From: Comamonadaceae bacterium
Lineage (GTDB): Bacteria; Pseudomonadota; Gammaproteobacteria; Burkholderiales; Burkholderiaceae_C
Assembly (NCBI GenBank): GCA_013297925.1
Contig: JAAFJC010000009.1
Coordinates: 997-64,996 of the forward strand
Length of the DNA stretch: 64,000 nt
Reading direction: 5' to 3'
How positions within the stretch are numbered: position 1 is the first letter of the stretch; every line of letters begins with the position of its first letter. Under the pieces are notes generated by a model. That model was not told where the DNA came from. It saw only the letters and a list, made by a program, of their open reading frames with translations, and ran no database searches. The position numbers and the translations under genes are program-made. Positions 9,843 through 18,759 of the stretch are shown here, piece after piece.

Positions 9843-10718
9843 ATGCGCACCTCTCGCTGGACGATTGCTCTGTACGTAGGCCCTGCCGTCTTGGTGATGG
9901 CAGCGGCTTGTCTTTATCCCGTGCTCACGGCATTCCAGTTGGCAGGCTACAAATGGGAAATGGGTACACCTTGGAGCAGCGCTCAGTGGGTTGGCTTGCA
10001 GAACTTCATCTCTGCCTTCAGCAACGAGCAAGTATGGTCATCGTTGCGGATTACCTTGCTCTTTGCCGGCATCTGCGTCACGCTCGAGATGATCCTCGGG
10101 ATTGCACTGGCGCTTTCGCTTGAGCATCCTGTTCGAGGCATGTCGATCTTCCGCACGATTTTTATTCTGCCGATGATGATCGCGCCAATTGCTGTTGGTT
10201 TGGCATGGCGCTATATGTTTGATGCACAATTTGGCTTGATCAATGCGCTGCTCGGGCTTGTAGGCATCGAAGCGATGACTTGGTTAGCAGATCCCACTCT
10301 GGCCTTCATTGCGATCGTTATCGCAGATGTCTGGCAGTGGACACCCTTTGTTTTCATCATGATGCTCGCTGCTTTGGCTAGTGTGGACAGTGCGGTGATG
10401 GAAGCCTCTCGTATCGATGGTGCCAATTGGTTTCAGCAGATCTTCTTGGTCAAGCTGCCGATGATCATGCACGTGATCGCCATCACACTGATGATGCGGT
10501 TGATTGATGCCTTCCGTGTGTTGGAAGTGATTTATGTGTTGACCTTCGGCGGGCCGGGCAACAGCACCGAGATCTTGGCGGTTCACATTTACAAAACAGC
10601 TTTCGTCGGCCAACAAATGGGAGTGGCTGCAGCGGTATCTGTGTTGTTACTTGTCGTCGTAGTTACCCTGTCGTGGGCTGCTTTGCGCTTGTCTAACCCG
10701 ATGAAGGATTCGAGATGA
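9843..10718 (+). CDS. Sugar ABC transporter permease (MalF/UgpA-like)
   Basis: 6 TM helices and an EAA-like loop (EASRIDGANWFQQIFLVKLP). Confidence 0.85.
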   Translation: MRTSRWTIALYVGPAVLVMAAACLYPVLTAFQLAGYKWEMGTPWSSAQWVGLQNFISAFSNEQVWSSLRITLLFAGICVTLEMILGIALALSLEHPVRGMSIFRTIFILPMMIAPIAVGLAWRYMFDAQFGLINALLGLVGIEAMTWLADPTLAFIAIVIADVWQWTPFVFIMMLAALASVDSAVMEASRIDGANWFQQIFLVKLPMIMHVIAITLMMRLIDAFRVLEVIYVLTFGGPGNSTEILAVHIYKTAFVGQQMGVAAAVSVLLLVVVVTLSWAALRLSNPMKDSR

Positions 10719-11539
10719 AGCGCAGTATGCCGCTTGTGATTTCGCATTACGTCATGCTGGTCATCCTGGCCATGATTTGTATTGCGCCGATTTTGGTGAT
10801 TTTCGCTACCAGTTTGCGCCAGCAAGTGCAGATTTTCTCGGAACCTCTCAACTTCTTGTTTGTGCCAACGCTTGAAAACTATCGCGCCGTTTTGCAAGAA
10901 GACAAGCTCGATGTGTATTTGAAAAACAGCTTGTTTGTGGGCATCGTCTCCACTTTGATCACCTTGATTTTGGGCTGCATGGCTGCCTACGGCTTGGCCC
11001 GCTTTCGCTTTCCCGGCCGTAGCACTGTGGCTTACACCACCTTGATTTTGCGCACCGTGCCATTTGCGGTGTTAGCGATACCCGTTTTCGTGATTTGGAA
11101 TCAATGGGGCTTGGTCAACAGCTTGTGGGGGCTCATCTTGCTCTACGTGGCTGTGAATTTGCCATTCACGATTTGGCTGCTGTATGGTTTTGTGCTCCAA
11201 GTGCCAATAGAGCTCGAAGAAGCAGCAGCGATTGATGGTTGCGGGCCGCTGCGCGTGTTTAGTCAGGTCTTTCTGCCTCTGATGGCCCCAGGGCTCGCAG
11301 CGGCTTCCATCTTCACCTTCCGCATTGCTTGGAATGAGTTTATTTTGGCCTTGGTGCTCACAGATCGACACACACGTACCTTGCCCGTGGCAGCCTCTTT
11401 ATTCATCACCGATATGGGGGTTGACTGGGGCAAAGTCATGGCAATGGGTAGCCTCATTGCGATTCCTCCGCTGATTTTTACCTTTGTGGCAGCGCGCCAG
11501 ATCATTGGTGGGCTCACGGCGGGTGCTGTAAAGGGTTGA
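10715..11539 (+). CDS. Sugar ABC transporter permease (MalG/UgpE-like)
   Basis: Contains EEAAAIDGCGPLRVFSQVFLPL. Its start overlaps the stop of the previous gene. Confidence 0.85.
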   Translation: MKRSMPLVISHYVMLVILAMICIAPILVIFATSLRQQVQIFSEPLNFLFVPTLENYRAVLQEDKLDVYLKNSLFVGIVSTLITLILGCMAAYGLARFRFPGRSTVAYTTLILRTVPFAVLAIPVFVIWNQWGLVNSLWGLILLYVAVNLPFTIWLLYGFVLQVPIELEEAAAIDGCGPLRVFSQVFLPLMAPGLAAASIFTFRIAWNEFILALVLTDRHTRTLPVAASLFITDMGVDWGKVMAMGSLIAIPPLIFTFVAARQIIGGLTAGAVKG

Positions 11540-11629
11540 TTGCAGCTAGAGGTGCTCGCACCGTTTTTGTAACGGAACTTTCTAGGCCAGCAATTGATCT
11601 ACGAAAGCCAATTCCCTAGAAAGCACCTT

Positions 11630-12265
11630 ATGCGTCAACCCATTGCTCGCCGCTCGGTTTTGCTGCATTCCTCTCTTGCAGTTGGCGTCATTGCGCTGCC
11701 CAGCGTCATGTTGACTCCAGTTCATGCACAAAGCGCGCGACGCCTCACTCCTTCGCAATCCGAAGGACCGTTTTACCCTGATCAGCAACTGCAAGATGCG
11801 GATGCGGATTTGCTCAAAAACGGCAATGTGGCTTACACCAGCGGCCAGAGCGCTTGGGTCAGTGGCATGGTGAGCGATTTGGACGGCAAGCCGGTCTCAG
11901 GAGCCGTCGTCGAAATATGGCAATGCGATGCACAAGGCACGTATCGCCACAGCCGCTCATCAGGCAATGCTCCGATGGCGTTTCAAGGCTTTGGCAAGGT
12001 GCAAGTGGGTGCGGATGGGCGCTATCGCTTTCGCACGATCAAGCCAGTGCCTTATCCTGGCCGGCCACCGCATATTCACATGAAGATCAAGCTCGCCAAC
12101 CGCGAGCTGCTCACGACACAAATGTATGTCGCAGGCGAAGCGGCCAATGGGCGAGACTTCCTCACCCGCAACTTAAGCACCTCTGATCGAAGCTTGCTAG
12201 AAGCCAGCTTTACTCGCGGCGCTGATGGCTGGCAGGCTGAATTTGGTATCGTCGTGAAGGCTTAG
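11630..12265 (+). CDS. Intradiol ring-cleavage dioxygenase-like protein with a Tat signal
   Basis: Contains MRQPIARRSVLL..AQS, SEGPFYP, VEIWQCDAQGTYRH and GRPPHIHMKI. Confidence 0.75.
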   Translation: MRQPIARRSVLLHSSLAVGVIALPSVMLTPVHAQSARRLTPSQSEGPFYPDQQLQDADADLLKNGNVAYTSGQSAWVSGMVSDLDGKPVSGAVVEIWQCDAQGTYRHSRSSGNAPMAFQGFGKVQVGADGRYRFRTIKPVPYPGRPPHIHMKIKLANRELLTTQMYVAGEAANGRDFLTRNLSTSDRSLLEASFTRGADGWQAEFGIVVKA

Positions 12266-13086
12266 CCAAACTCGCGGCCAAGCTCAGCCGCTCTCGCGCC
12301 TGCAGCGCGCAAAGCTTGCTCAAAATGTTGGCCGACCAGGCTGTCTTGCATGGCGGTGATAGCGGCATAGGTTGTGCCACCTTTGGAGGTGACGCGCTGG
12401 CGCAATACTTCGGGGCTGTCGTGCGACTGCCGAGCCAACTCTGCTGCGCCTGCAAACGTGCTTTGCGCCAACTGGCGCGATTGCGCCTCAGAAAGCCCCA
12501 TGCTCTGCCCCGCACGCATCATGGATTCGATGAAGAAAAACACATAGGCTGGCCCTGAGCCTGAGAGCGCCGTCACCGCATCCAGATGGCTCTCATCCGT
12601 CACCCATAGGTGTTCGCCCGTGGTGGCGATCAGCGCTTCAATGCTGCGCTGATCCGCCTCGCTCACGCCAGCACGGGCATAGAGGCCCGCAATGCCTTTG
12701 CCGATCAGCGCCGGTGTGTTGGGCATAGCGCGCACGATACGCTGCGTAGCAAGCTGCTGAGCCATGCTACTTGAAGTGATACCCGCCATCACGCTCAGAT
12801 GCAAAGCCTCTTTGGTATGTGCAGCAACTTGCGCAGCAGCTTCCCGGAAAGTTTGAGGTTTAACCGCCCAAACGATTTGCTGAGCCCGCGCTAGGGCTTT
12901 GCTGGGCTGCTCCAGAGCAGTGATACCGAAATCACTGGACAGCTTGTCGCGCTGTGATGCAAGCGGTTCGATCACGATGAATTGCGCAGCGGCCATGCCT
13001 TGGCGGCGCAGCCCGCCGATGATGGCACTGGCCATGTTGCCGCCGCCAATGAAAGCCACTGTTTTGGGAGGGGGAGAAGAAGTCAT
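12262..13086 (-). CDS. proC: Pyrroline-5-carboxylate reductase
   Basis: Contains [26 protein letters not shown] and VTSKGGTT. Confidence 0.9.
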   Translation of the reverse strand: MTSSPPPKTVAFIGGGNMASAIIGGLRRQGMAAAQFIVIEPLASQRDKLSSDFGITALEQPSKALARAQQIVWAVKPQTFREAAAQVAAHTKEALHLSVMAGITSSSMAQQLATQRIVRAMPNTPALIGKGIAGLYARAGVSEADQRSIEALIATTGEHLWVTDESHLDAVTALSGSGPAYVFFFIESMMRAGQSMGLSEAQSRQLAQSTFAGAAELARQSHDSPEVLRQRVTSKGGTTYAAITAMQDSLVGQHFEQALRAAGARAAELGREFG

Positions 13087-13135
13087 ACATAAGTGTAGCT
13101 GGCTCGTCCACACACATTTGGGTTACTCTTACGAC

Positions 13136-14668
13136 ATGAGCACGATCATCTCCCTCGACCAAGGCACCACCAGTTCGCGAAGTATTGCGTTTGACCACGC
13201 CGGCACGCCGCTAGCAAGCAGCCAACAAGAGTTTCGGCAGATCTTCCCGCAGCCGGGCTGGGTGGAGCACGATGCCAATGAGATTTGGGCTTCACAGCTT
13301 GCCACATTACAGAGTTTGAAGCAAAAACTGCTTATTGCCGGCATAAAATCTGCGCAAGCAGCTATTAATTCAATAGCAATCACGAATCAACGCGAGACCA
13401 CCGTGCTTTGGGAACGCGCCACTGGTAAGCCCCTGGCCAACGCCATCGTTTGGCAAGACCGCCGCACAGCGCCAGCCTGCGATGCCCTTCGAAAAGCGGG
13501 GAAGGCTGCATTGATTCAGCGCAAGACAGGCCTCGTGCTCGATGCGTATTTTTCGGGCACAAAGCTCGCTTGGCTGCTCGACAACATGCCTGGGGCACGC
13601 AAGCGAGCTGAAAACGGCGAGCTGTGCTTCGGCACGATAGACAGTTGGCTGATCTACAAGCTCACAGGTGGCCACAGCGTTGCAACTGCTGGCAAAGCTT
13701 TGCATGTGACAGATGCCAGCAATGCCTCACGCACCTTGCTGCTGAATATTCATACCAGTCAATGGGATGACGAACTGCTCAAGCTCTTCAATATTCCGCG
13801 CGCCGTGCTGCCACGAGTCGTGCCTTCCAGCGGCGTGGTCGGTATGACCGATGCTGCACTGCTAGGGGCGGAAATCCCGATTGCAGGCATCGCCGGCGAC
13901 CAGCAGGCCGCAACTTTCGGCCAAGCCTGCTTCGCCCCCGGTATGGCAAAAAACACGTATGGCACTGGCTGCTTTATGCTGATGAACACGGGCACTTCAG
14001 CTGTTGCGAGTCGAAACAAACTGCTCACTACCGTCGCCTGGCAAGGCCCTGCCGGCACGCGTTCGGCTTATGCGCTGGAAGGCTCGGTGTTCATGGGCGG
14101 CGCAACCATTCAGTGGTTGCGCGATGGCCTTGGATTGATCAAAACAGCATCTGAAGTAGAAGCCTTGGCTGCAAGCGTGGAAGATACGGGCGACGCCTAC
14201 CTCGTCCCCGCCTTCGCCGGCTTGGGCACACCGCACTGGGATGGCTACGCACGCGGCACACTCGTGGGCATGACGCGCGGCACAGGACGCGCCCACATCG
14301 CCCGCGCAGCTTTGGAGGCTATCGCCCTGCAAAGCACCGATGTGTTTGAAGCCATGCGCGCCGACAGCGGTATCGCTTTGAAGGAGTTGCGTGTCGATGG
14401 CGGCGCGTGTGCCAACAACCTGCTCATGCAGATGCAAGCTGATTTCCTCGGTGTACCGGTCGTTCGCCCCAAAGTCACAGAAACCACAGCGCTGGGCGCG
14501 GCCTATCTCGCGGGCTTGGCCACCGGATTCTGGAAAGACGCCATCGAGATCAGCGCACAATGGCAAATGGATCGTCGCTTCGAACCAAAAATGTCCGTCC
14601 CTCAACGCCAAGCCAAACTCGCCCGCTGGCGAGAAGCTGTGGAGCGATCCAAAGGCTGGGCACAATAG
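13136..14668 (+). CDS. glpK: Glycerol kinase
   Basis: Contains [31 protein letters not shown] and VDGGA. Confidence 0.95.
   Translation: MSTIISLDQGTTSSRSIAFDHAGTPLASSQQEFRQIFPQPGWVEHDANEIWASQLATLQSLKQKLLIAGIKSAQAAINSIAITNQRETTVLWERATGKPLANAIVWQDRRTAPACDALRKAGKAALIQRKTGLVLDAYFSGTKLAWLLDNMPGARKRAENGELCFGTIDSWLIYKLTGGHSVATAGKALHVTDASNASRTLLLNIHTSQWDDELLKLFNIPRAVLPRVVPSSGVVGMTDAALLGAEIPIAGIAGDQQAATFGQACFAPGMAKNTYGTGCFMLMNTGTSAVASRNKLLTTVAWQGPAGTRSAYALEGSVFMGGATIQWLRDGLGLIKTASEVEALAASVEDTGDAYLVPAFAGLGTPHWDGYARGTLVGMTRGTGRAHIARAALEAIALQSTDVFEAMRADSGIALKELRVDGGACANNLLMQMQADFLGVPVVRPKVTETTALGAAYLAGLATGFWKDAIEISAQWQMDRRFEPKMSVPQRQAKLARWREAVERSKGWAQ
13337..13377 (+). repeat. Family I repeat, copy B, inside the glpK coding sequence (in frame)
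   Basis: gccggcataaaatctgcgcaagcagctattaattcaatagc. About 38 of 41 nt are identical to intergenic copy F (reverse complement of 53998-54037). Encodes (L)[15 protein letters not shown]. Confidence 0.8.
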
Positions 14669-14671
14669 GCC

Positions 14672-16234
14672 ATGATTTCACGCTCAGCTTTATTTCAGCA
14701 GCTCGCAAATGCGGCGAGTTTTGATATCGCCATCATCGGCGGCGGCGCAACGGGCTTGGGCGTGGCGCTCGATGCGGCTGCACGCGGCTTCAAAGTGGCG
14801 CTCTTTGAAAGCCACGACTTCGCCAAAGGCACATCCTCTCGCGCCACCAAGCTGGTGCATGGCGGCGTGCGCTATCTGGCGCAGGGCAACATCAGCCTTG
14901 TGCGCGAAGCGCTGCATGAGCGCACTACCTTGCTGGCCAATGCACCGCATATCGCGCAGCCCTTGCCCTTCGTGATGCCAAGCTATGCGTGGTGGCAAGC
15001 GCCGTTTTATGGCATGGGCCTCAAGATGTATGACCTGCTCGCTGGCAAGGCTGGCTTGGGGCGTACAGAATTTTTAAGCCGTAGCGAGACTTTGAAGCTC
15101 CTGCCGAATGCACGAGAGAGCGGTTTGACGGGTGGCGTGAAATACTGGGATGGTCAGTTTGATGACGCCCGCTTAGCCTTGGCTTTGGCGCAGACCGCTG
15201 CCCAGCGCGGTGCGTTGCTGATTAACTATTGCGCAGCAACCGGGCTGATCCATGAGGGCGGCAAAGTCGCTGGCCTCAAGGTGCAAGACAAAGAAACTGG
15301 GCAGAGCTACAGCGTGAAAGCCAATTGCGTGATGAACGCAGCGGGCGTTTGGGTTGATGAATTCCGCCAAATGGATGGCGAGCAGACGAAGCGGCCTGTG
15401 AAGGCAATGGTCGCGCCCAGCCAAGGCACGCATTTGGTGGTGGATCGCGAATTCATGCCCTCGGATCACGCGATTTTGATTCCCAAAACAGCCGATGGCC
15501 GCGTGCTCTTCATCGTGCCATGGCTCGGCAAATTGATTTTGGGCACCACCGATTCACCACGCGACGATCTCGCTCGCGAACCGATGGCTTTCAAAGATGA
15601 CACAGGCTTCATTTTGGGCGAAGCTGCGAAATACCTCACCCGTGCACCCCAGCGCAGCGATGTGAAATCCATCTGGGTGGGCTTGCGGCCTTTGGTCAAA
15701 CCACCCGATGAAGACGGTGGCAATACGAAAAAGCTTTCGCGCGAGCACACCATCCTCGTGAGTAAGTCTGGCCTGCTTACGGTCACCGGCGGCAAATGGA
15801 CAACCTATCGCGCGATGGCAGAAGACGTGCTCGACAACGCCTTCGATGCCAAGCTGCTGCCGCAACGCGCCGGCGCTGTGACGGTCAAGCTGCCTTTGTC
15901 TGGCTCGCTGGCCACAAACAAGCGCATCAGCGACGCGCCAGGCATGCACATGTATGGCAGCGCTGCTTCCGAAGTGCAAGCCATGCCTGGCACAGCCAAC
16001 GAGCTCTGCGCTGGCCTAACTGAGGCCATGGTGCGCTACGCTGCGCGCTTTGAGTACGCCCGCACCGTGGAAGACATGCTCGCGCGCCGCTCTCGCCTGC
16101 TCTTCTTGGATGCCAAACTAGCTGCCAGCATCGCGCAAAGCGTGGCCACGATCTTGCAAGAAGAAACAGGCGTTGATCCCCAGCTGGATGCATTCTTGGT
16201 GCTGGCCAAGCAATACGCCACGCTGCCTGATTAG
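14672..16234 (+). CDS. glpD: FAD-dependent glycerol-3-phosphate dehydrogenase
   Basis: Contains DIAIIGGGATGLGVALDAAARG. Length is 520 aa, with a GlpD-type C-terminal domain. It is adjacent to glpK. Confidence 0.9.
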   Translation: MISRSALFQQLANAASFDIAIIGGGATGLGVALDAAARGFKVALFESHDFAKGTSSRATKLVHGGVRYLAQGNISLVREALHERTTLLANAPHIAQPLPFVMPSYAWWQAPFYGMGLKMYDLLAGKAGLGRTEFLSRSETLKLLPNARESGLTGGVKYWDGQFDDARLALALAQTAAQRGALLINYCAATGLIHEGGKVAGLKVQDKETGQSYSVKANCVMNAAGVWVDEFRQMDGEQTKRPVKAMVAPSQGTHLVVDREFMPSDHAILIPKTADGRVLFIVPWLGKLILGTTDSPRDDLAREPMAFKDDTGFILGEAAKYLTRAPQRSDVKSIWVGLRPLVKPPDEDGGNTKKLSREHTILVSKSGLLTVTGGKWTTYRAMAEDVLDNAFDAKLLPQRAGAVTVKLPLSGSLATNKRISDAPGMHMYGSAASEVQAMPGTANELCAGLTEAMVRYAARFEYARTVEDMLARRSRLLFLDAKLAASIAQSVATILQEETGVDPQLDAFLVLAKQYATLPD

Positions 16235-16237
16235 CCC

Positions 16238-17029
16238 TCAGCTGGCGCTGCGTCGCTTCTTGCGCGGCCTGCCAGCAAGGGCTTTGTCATACAGCCAATT
16301 GGGCAGCAAGCGCAGCAGCTTAGCCACCACGCCCATTTGCCATGGAATCACGCGGTAGCTCACCCCTGCGGTGATCGCTTTAAACGCCTGATCGGCAAAG
16401 TCTTCCGGCTGCATCAAGAAAGGCATGCTGTAGGAATTCTGCGCAGTTAGCGGCGTGGCCACATAGCCGGGCGCAATCGTCACCACTTGCACGCCGTCTT
16501 TGCCCGTCTCTGCGCGCAGCTCGCCGCGCAGGCTTTCGCAATAACTGATCACCGCCGCTTTGCTCGCGCAATACGCGCCATGCCCCGGCAGGCCGCGAAT
16601 GCCAGCTACGCTCGCGATACCCACCAACTTGCCGCTTCGTCTTTGCACCATGCCGGCGATGAAGGGATGGAAGGTCGCAGCCAAGCCGATATTGTTTGTC
16701 GCCAAGGTTTGTGCGAGTACATCTAGGTCTTCACGGATCGCCGTATCCATGCCAATACTGATACCTGCATTGGCAATCGCCACATCGGGCACACCTTGGC
16801 GGGCAATGCAGTCTTTCCCGGCTTGCACGATGCTGTCCGTTAGCGCCACATCTGCGCTATAAATACCATAGCTATCCGCGCTAATTTTATGCCGGGCAAC
16901 CCATGATTCAACCTCAGAAACTCGTCTCGCAACCAAGGCAAGGCGATAGCCGGCTTGATAAAAGCGCCAAGCCAGTGCTTGGCCGATCCCGCTAGAGGCG
17001 CCGGTGATGAAGACGAGGGGTTGTGGCAT
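16238..17029 (-). CDS. SDR-family oxidoreductase
   Basis: Contains VFITGASSGIGQALA (TGxxxGxG) and YCASKAA (YxxxK). Confidence 0.85.
   Translation of the reverse strand: MPQPLVFITGASSGIGQALAWRFYQAGYRLALVARRVSEVESWVARHKISADSYGIYSADVALTDSIVQAGKDCIARQGVPDVAIANAGISIGMDTAIREDLDVLAQTLATNNIGLAATFHPFIAGMVQRRSGKLVGIASVAGIRGLPGHGAYCASKAAVISYCESLRGELRAETGKDGVQVVTIAPGYVATPLTAQNSYSMPFLMQPEDFADQAFKAITAGVSYRVIPWQMGVVAKLLRLLPNWLYDKALAGRPRKKRRSAS
16856..16896 (-). repeat. Family I repeat, copy N, inside the SDR coding sequence
   Basis: gctataaataccatagctatccgcgctaattttatgccggg. It has the hairpin GCTAT-N7-ATAGC plus the GCGC..TATGCCGG tail. Read in a different frame from copies B and G. Confidence 0.6.
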
Positions 17030-17043
17030 CTGTGATCCTTGGC

Positions 17044-17670
17044 TTACTGCACGGAGGCAGCTTTCGGCTCTAAGCGCACACGCACCCTACCATCAAGCTG
17101 CACGATGCCTTCTATCTTGTTATAGAGCATCTTGTCGCCGCTGAATTGATCTGAGCCGCGTAAAACGGTGACGGGCTTGTGGGATTTCAATTCTTCTGTG
17201 CGCACAAATGCATGCAAAAAATCACCACGGAACTCAACACGTGGAATTTCTCTGCCCTGCTCATCTTTGCCAGCGGAACGTACCACCACCGCATTACCCA
17301 CCAGCTGTACTTCAGAGCCATCGCCGTTGCTGAATGCGCGATCTCCGCTACCCGTTGTGCTGAGCTTGCCACGCAAAGAGCGAAAACGCGCATCATCCAC
17401 TTCGAGGATATCAGTGGCTGGAAAATGCTTGGCCTTGCTACCCAGCACTTCACTCATCAGTGCGCCTTGTGGATCAAAATTCTTCACTGAAAACTGCGTG
17501 AGAAAGTAATCTGGATCGCTTCTAACTTGCTTCTCAACCGGAGCAGCAGCTACACCCGGCGTATTGCGAGCCAGCCACCAGCTGCCCAAAGCGAGCAAGC
17601 CCATGAGTGCCATGGGTAGATACATCGTGATACTGCCAAGAAGCTTGCGGACGACAGGTGACGTGTTCAT
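17044..17670 (-). CDS. lptC: LPS export system protein LptC
   Basis: N-terminal TM anchor, a DPDYFLTQFSVKNFDPQG motif, and a beta-jellyroll-length body (208 aa). It lies directly downstream of kdsD. Confidence 0.75.
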   Translation of the reverse strand: MNTSPVVRKLLGSITMYLPMALMGLLALGSWWLARNTPGVAAAPVEKQVRSDPDYFLTQFSVKNFDPQGALMSEVLGSKAKHFPATDILEVDDARFRSLRGKLSTTGSGDRAFSNGDGSEVQLVGNAVVVRSAGKDEQGREIPRVEFRGDFLHAFVRTEELKSHKPVTVLRGSDQFSGDKMLYNKIEGIVQLDGRVRVRLEPKAASVQ

Positions 17671-17722
17671 GCTTGCTGCCCTACATCAAAATAAAGTGTG
17701 TTCAATGGCTTGGCAAACACGA

Positions 17723-18727
17723 TCAAATCACTTTGGCGCGCATCAAATCGTTGGAGTTGAGCGCACCCACGAGCAGACCTTGCGCATCAGTGACAAGCAC
17801 GCTCGTGATGCGATGCTGCTCCATGAGCTCAGCCGCATCCACAGCCAAAGCATCGGGCGAGATCGTGAGGCTGCCTTTATGCATCACCTCGCCAGCAGTG
17901 AGCTCGCGCAAATCCACGCCGCGCTCGATCAAGCGGCGCAAATCACCATCGGTAAAAATGCCCATCACATGGCCCGCCGTATCCACAATGGCCGATGCGC
18001 CCAAACCTTTGTGGCTCATCTCGCGCATCAAGTCCGAGAAATTGGTAGCCGTTTGAACACGGGGAACATCCGCTCCCGTGCGCATCAAATCTCGTACATG
18101 CATGAGCAATTTGCGCCCGAGGCTGCCGCCTGGATGTGAGCGCGCAAAATCTTCCGCTTTGAAGCCACGCGCATCGAGCAAAGCCATGGCCAAAGCATCG
18201 CCTAAAGCCAATTGGGCTGTGGTGCTGGCTGTAGGAGCGAGATTCAGGGGGCAAGCTTCTTTCGTGACCGAGCTATCGAGCACCACATCGGCATGCTTGG
18301 CGAGTGTGGATTGCAAGCCGCCCGTCATGGCGATCAGAGGTGCTCCCATGCGCTTGATGAAGGGCAGGATGGCAGAGAGCTCTTCGGATTCGCCAGAATT
18401 AGAAATCGCCAAAATCGAATCAATCACTTTGACCATGCCCAAATCGCCGTGACTGGCTTCAGCTGGATGCACAAACATCGCCGCAGTGCCCGTAGAAGCA
18501 AGCGTGGCAGCGATCTTGCGCCCCACATGTCCACTCTTGCCCATGCCCATCACGACAACGCGGCCTCTGGTTGCCATGATCATTTCTATGGCTTGTGCGA
18601 AGGCCTGCGCTGCCGACGCTTCAATAGCCAAACGTGTGCGCAGCTCCGTGACTGCTGCGGCTTCAATATCAAGAGTGTCCAGTGCTAGTTGGATGGCTTT
18701 ACTGGCTTGGTCAGGCGTCATGCTCAT
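17723..18727 (-). CDS. kdsD: Arabinose-5-phosphate isomerase (SIS + CBS pair)
   Basis: Contains GMGKSGHVGRKIAATLASTGT (SIS domain) and C-terminal tandem CBS domains. Length is 334 aa. Confidence 0.9.
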   Translation of the reverse strand: MSMTPDQASKAIQLALDTLDIEAAAVTELRTRLAIEASAAQAFAQAIEMIMATRGRVVVMGMGKSGHVGRKIAATLASTGTAAMFVHPAEASHGDLGMVKVIDSILAISNSGESEELSAILPFIKRMGAPLIAMTGGLQSTLAKHADVVLDSSVTKEACPLNLAPTASTTAQLALGDALAMALLDARGFKAEDFARSHPGGSLGRKLLMHVRDLMRTGADVPRVQTATNFSDLMREMSHKGLGASAIVDTAGHVMGIFTDGDLRRLIERGVDLRELTAGEVMHKGSLTISPDALAVDAAELMEQHRITSVLVTDAQGLLVGALNSNDLMRAKVI

Positions 18728-18759
18728 ACCCTGATTTTAGGCTGACACAGCCAAGCTGG

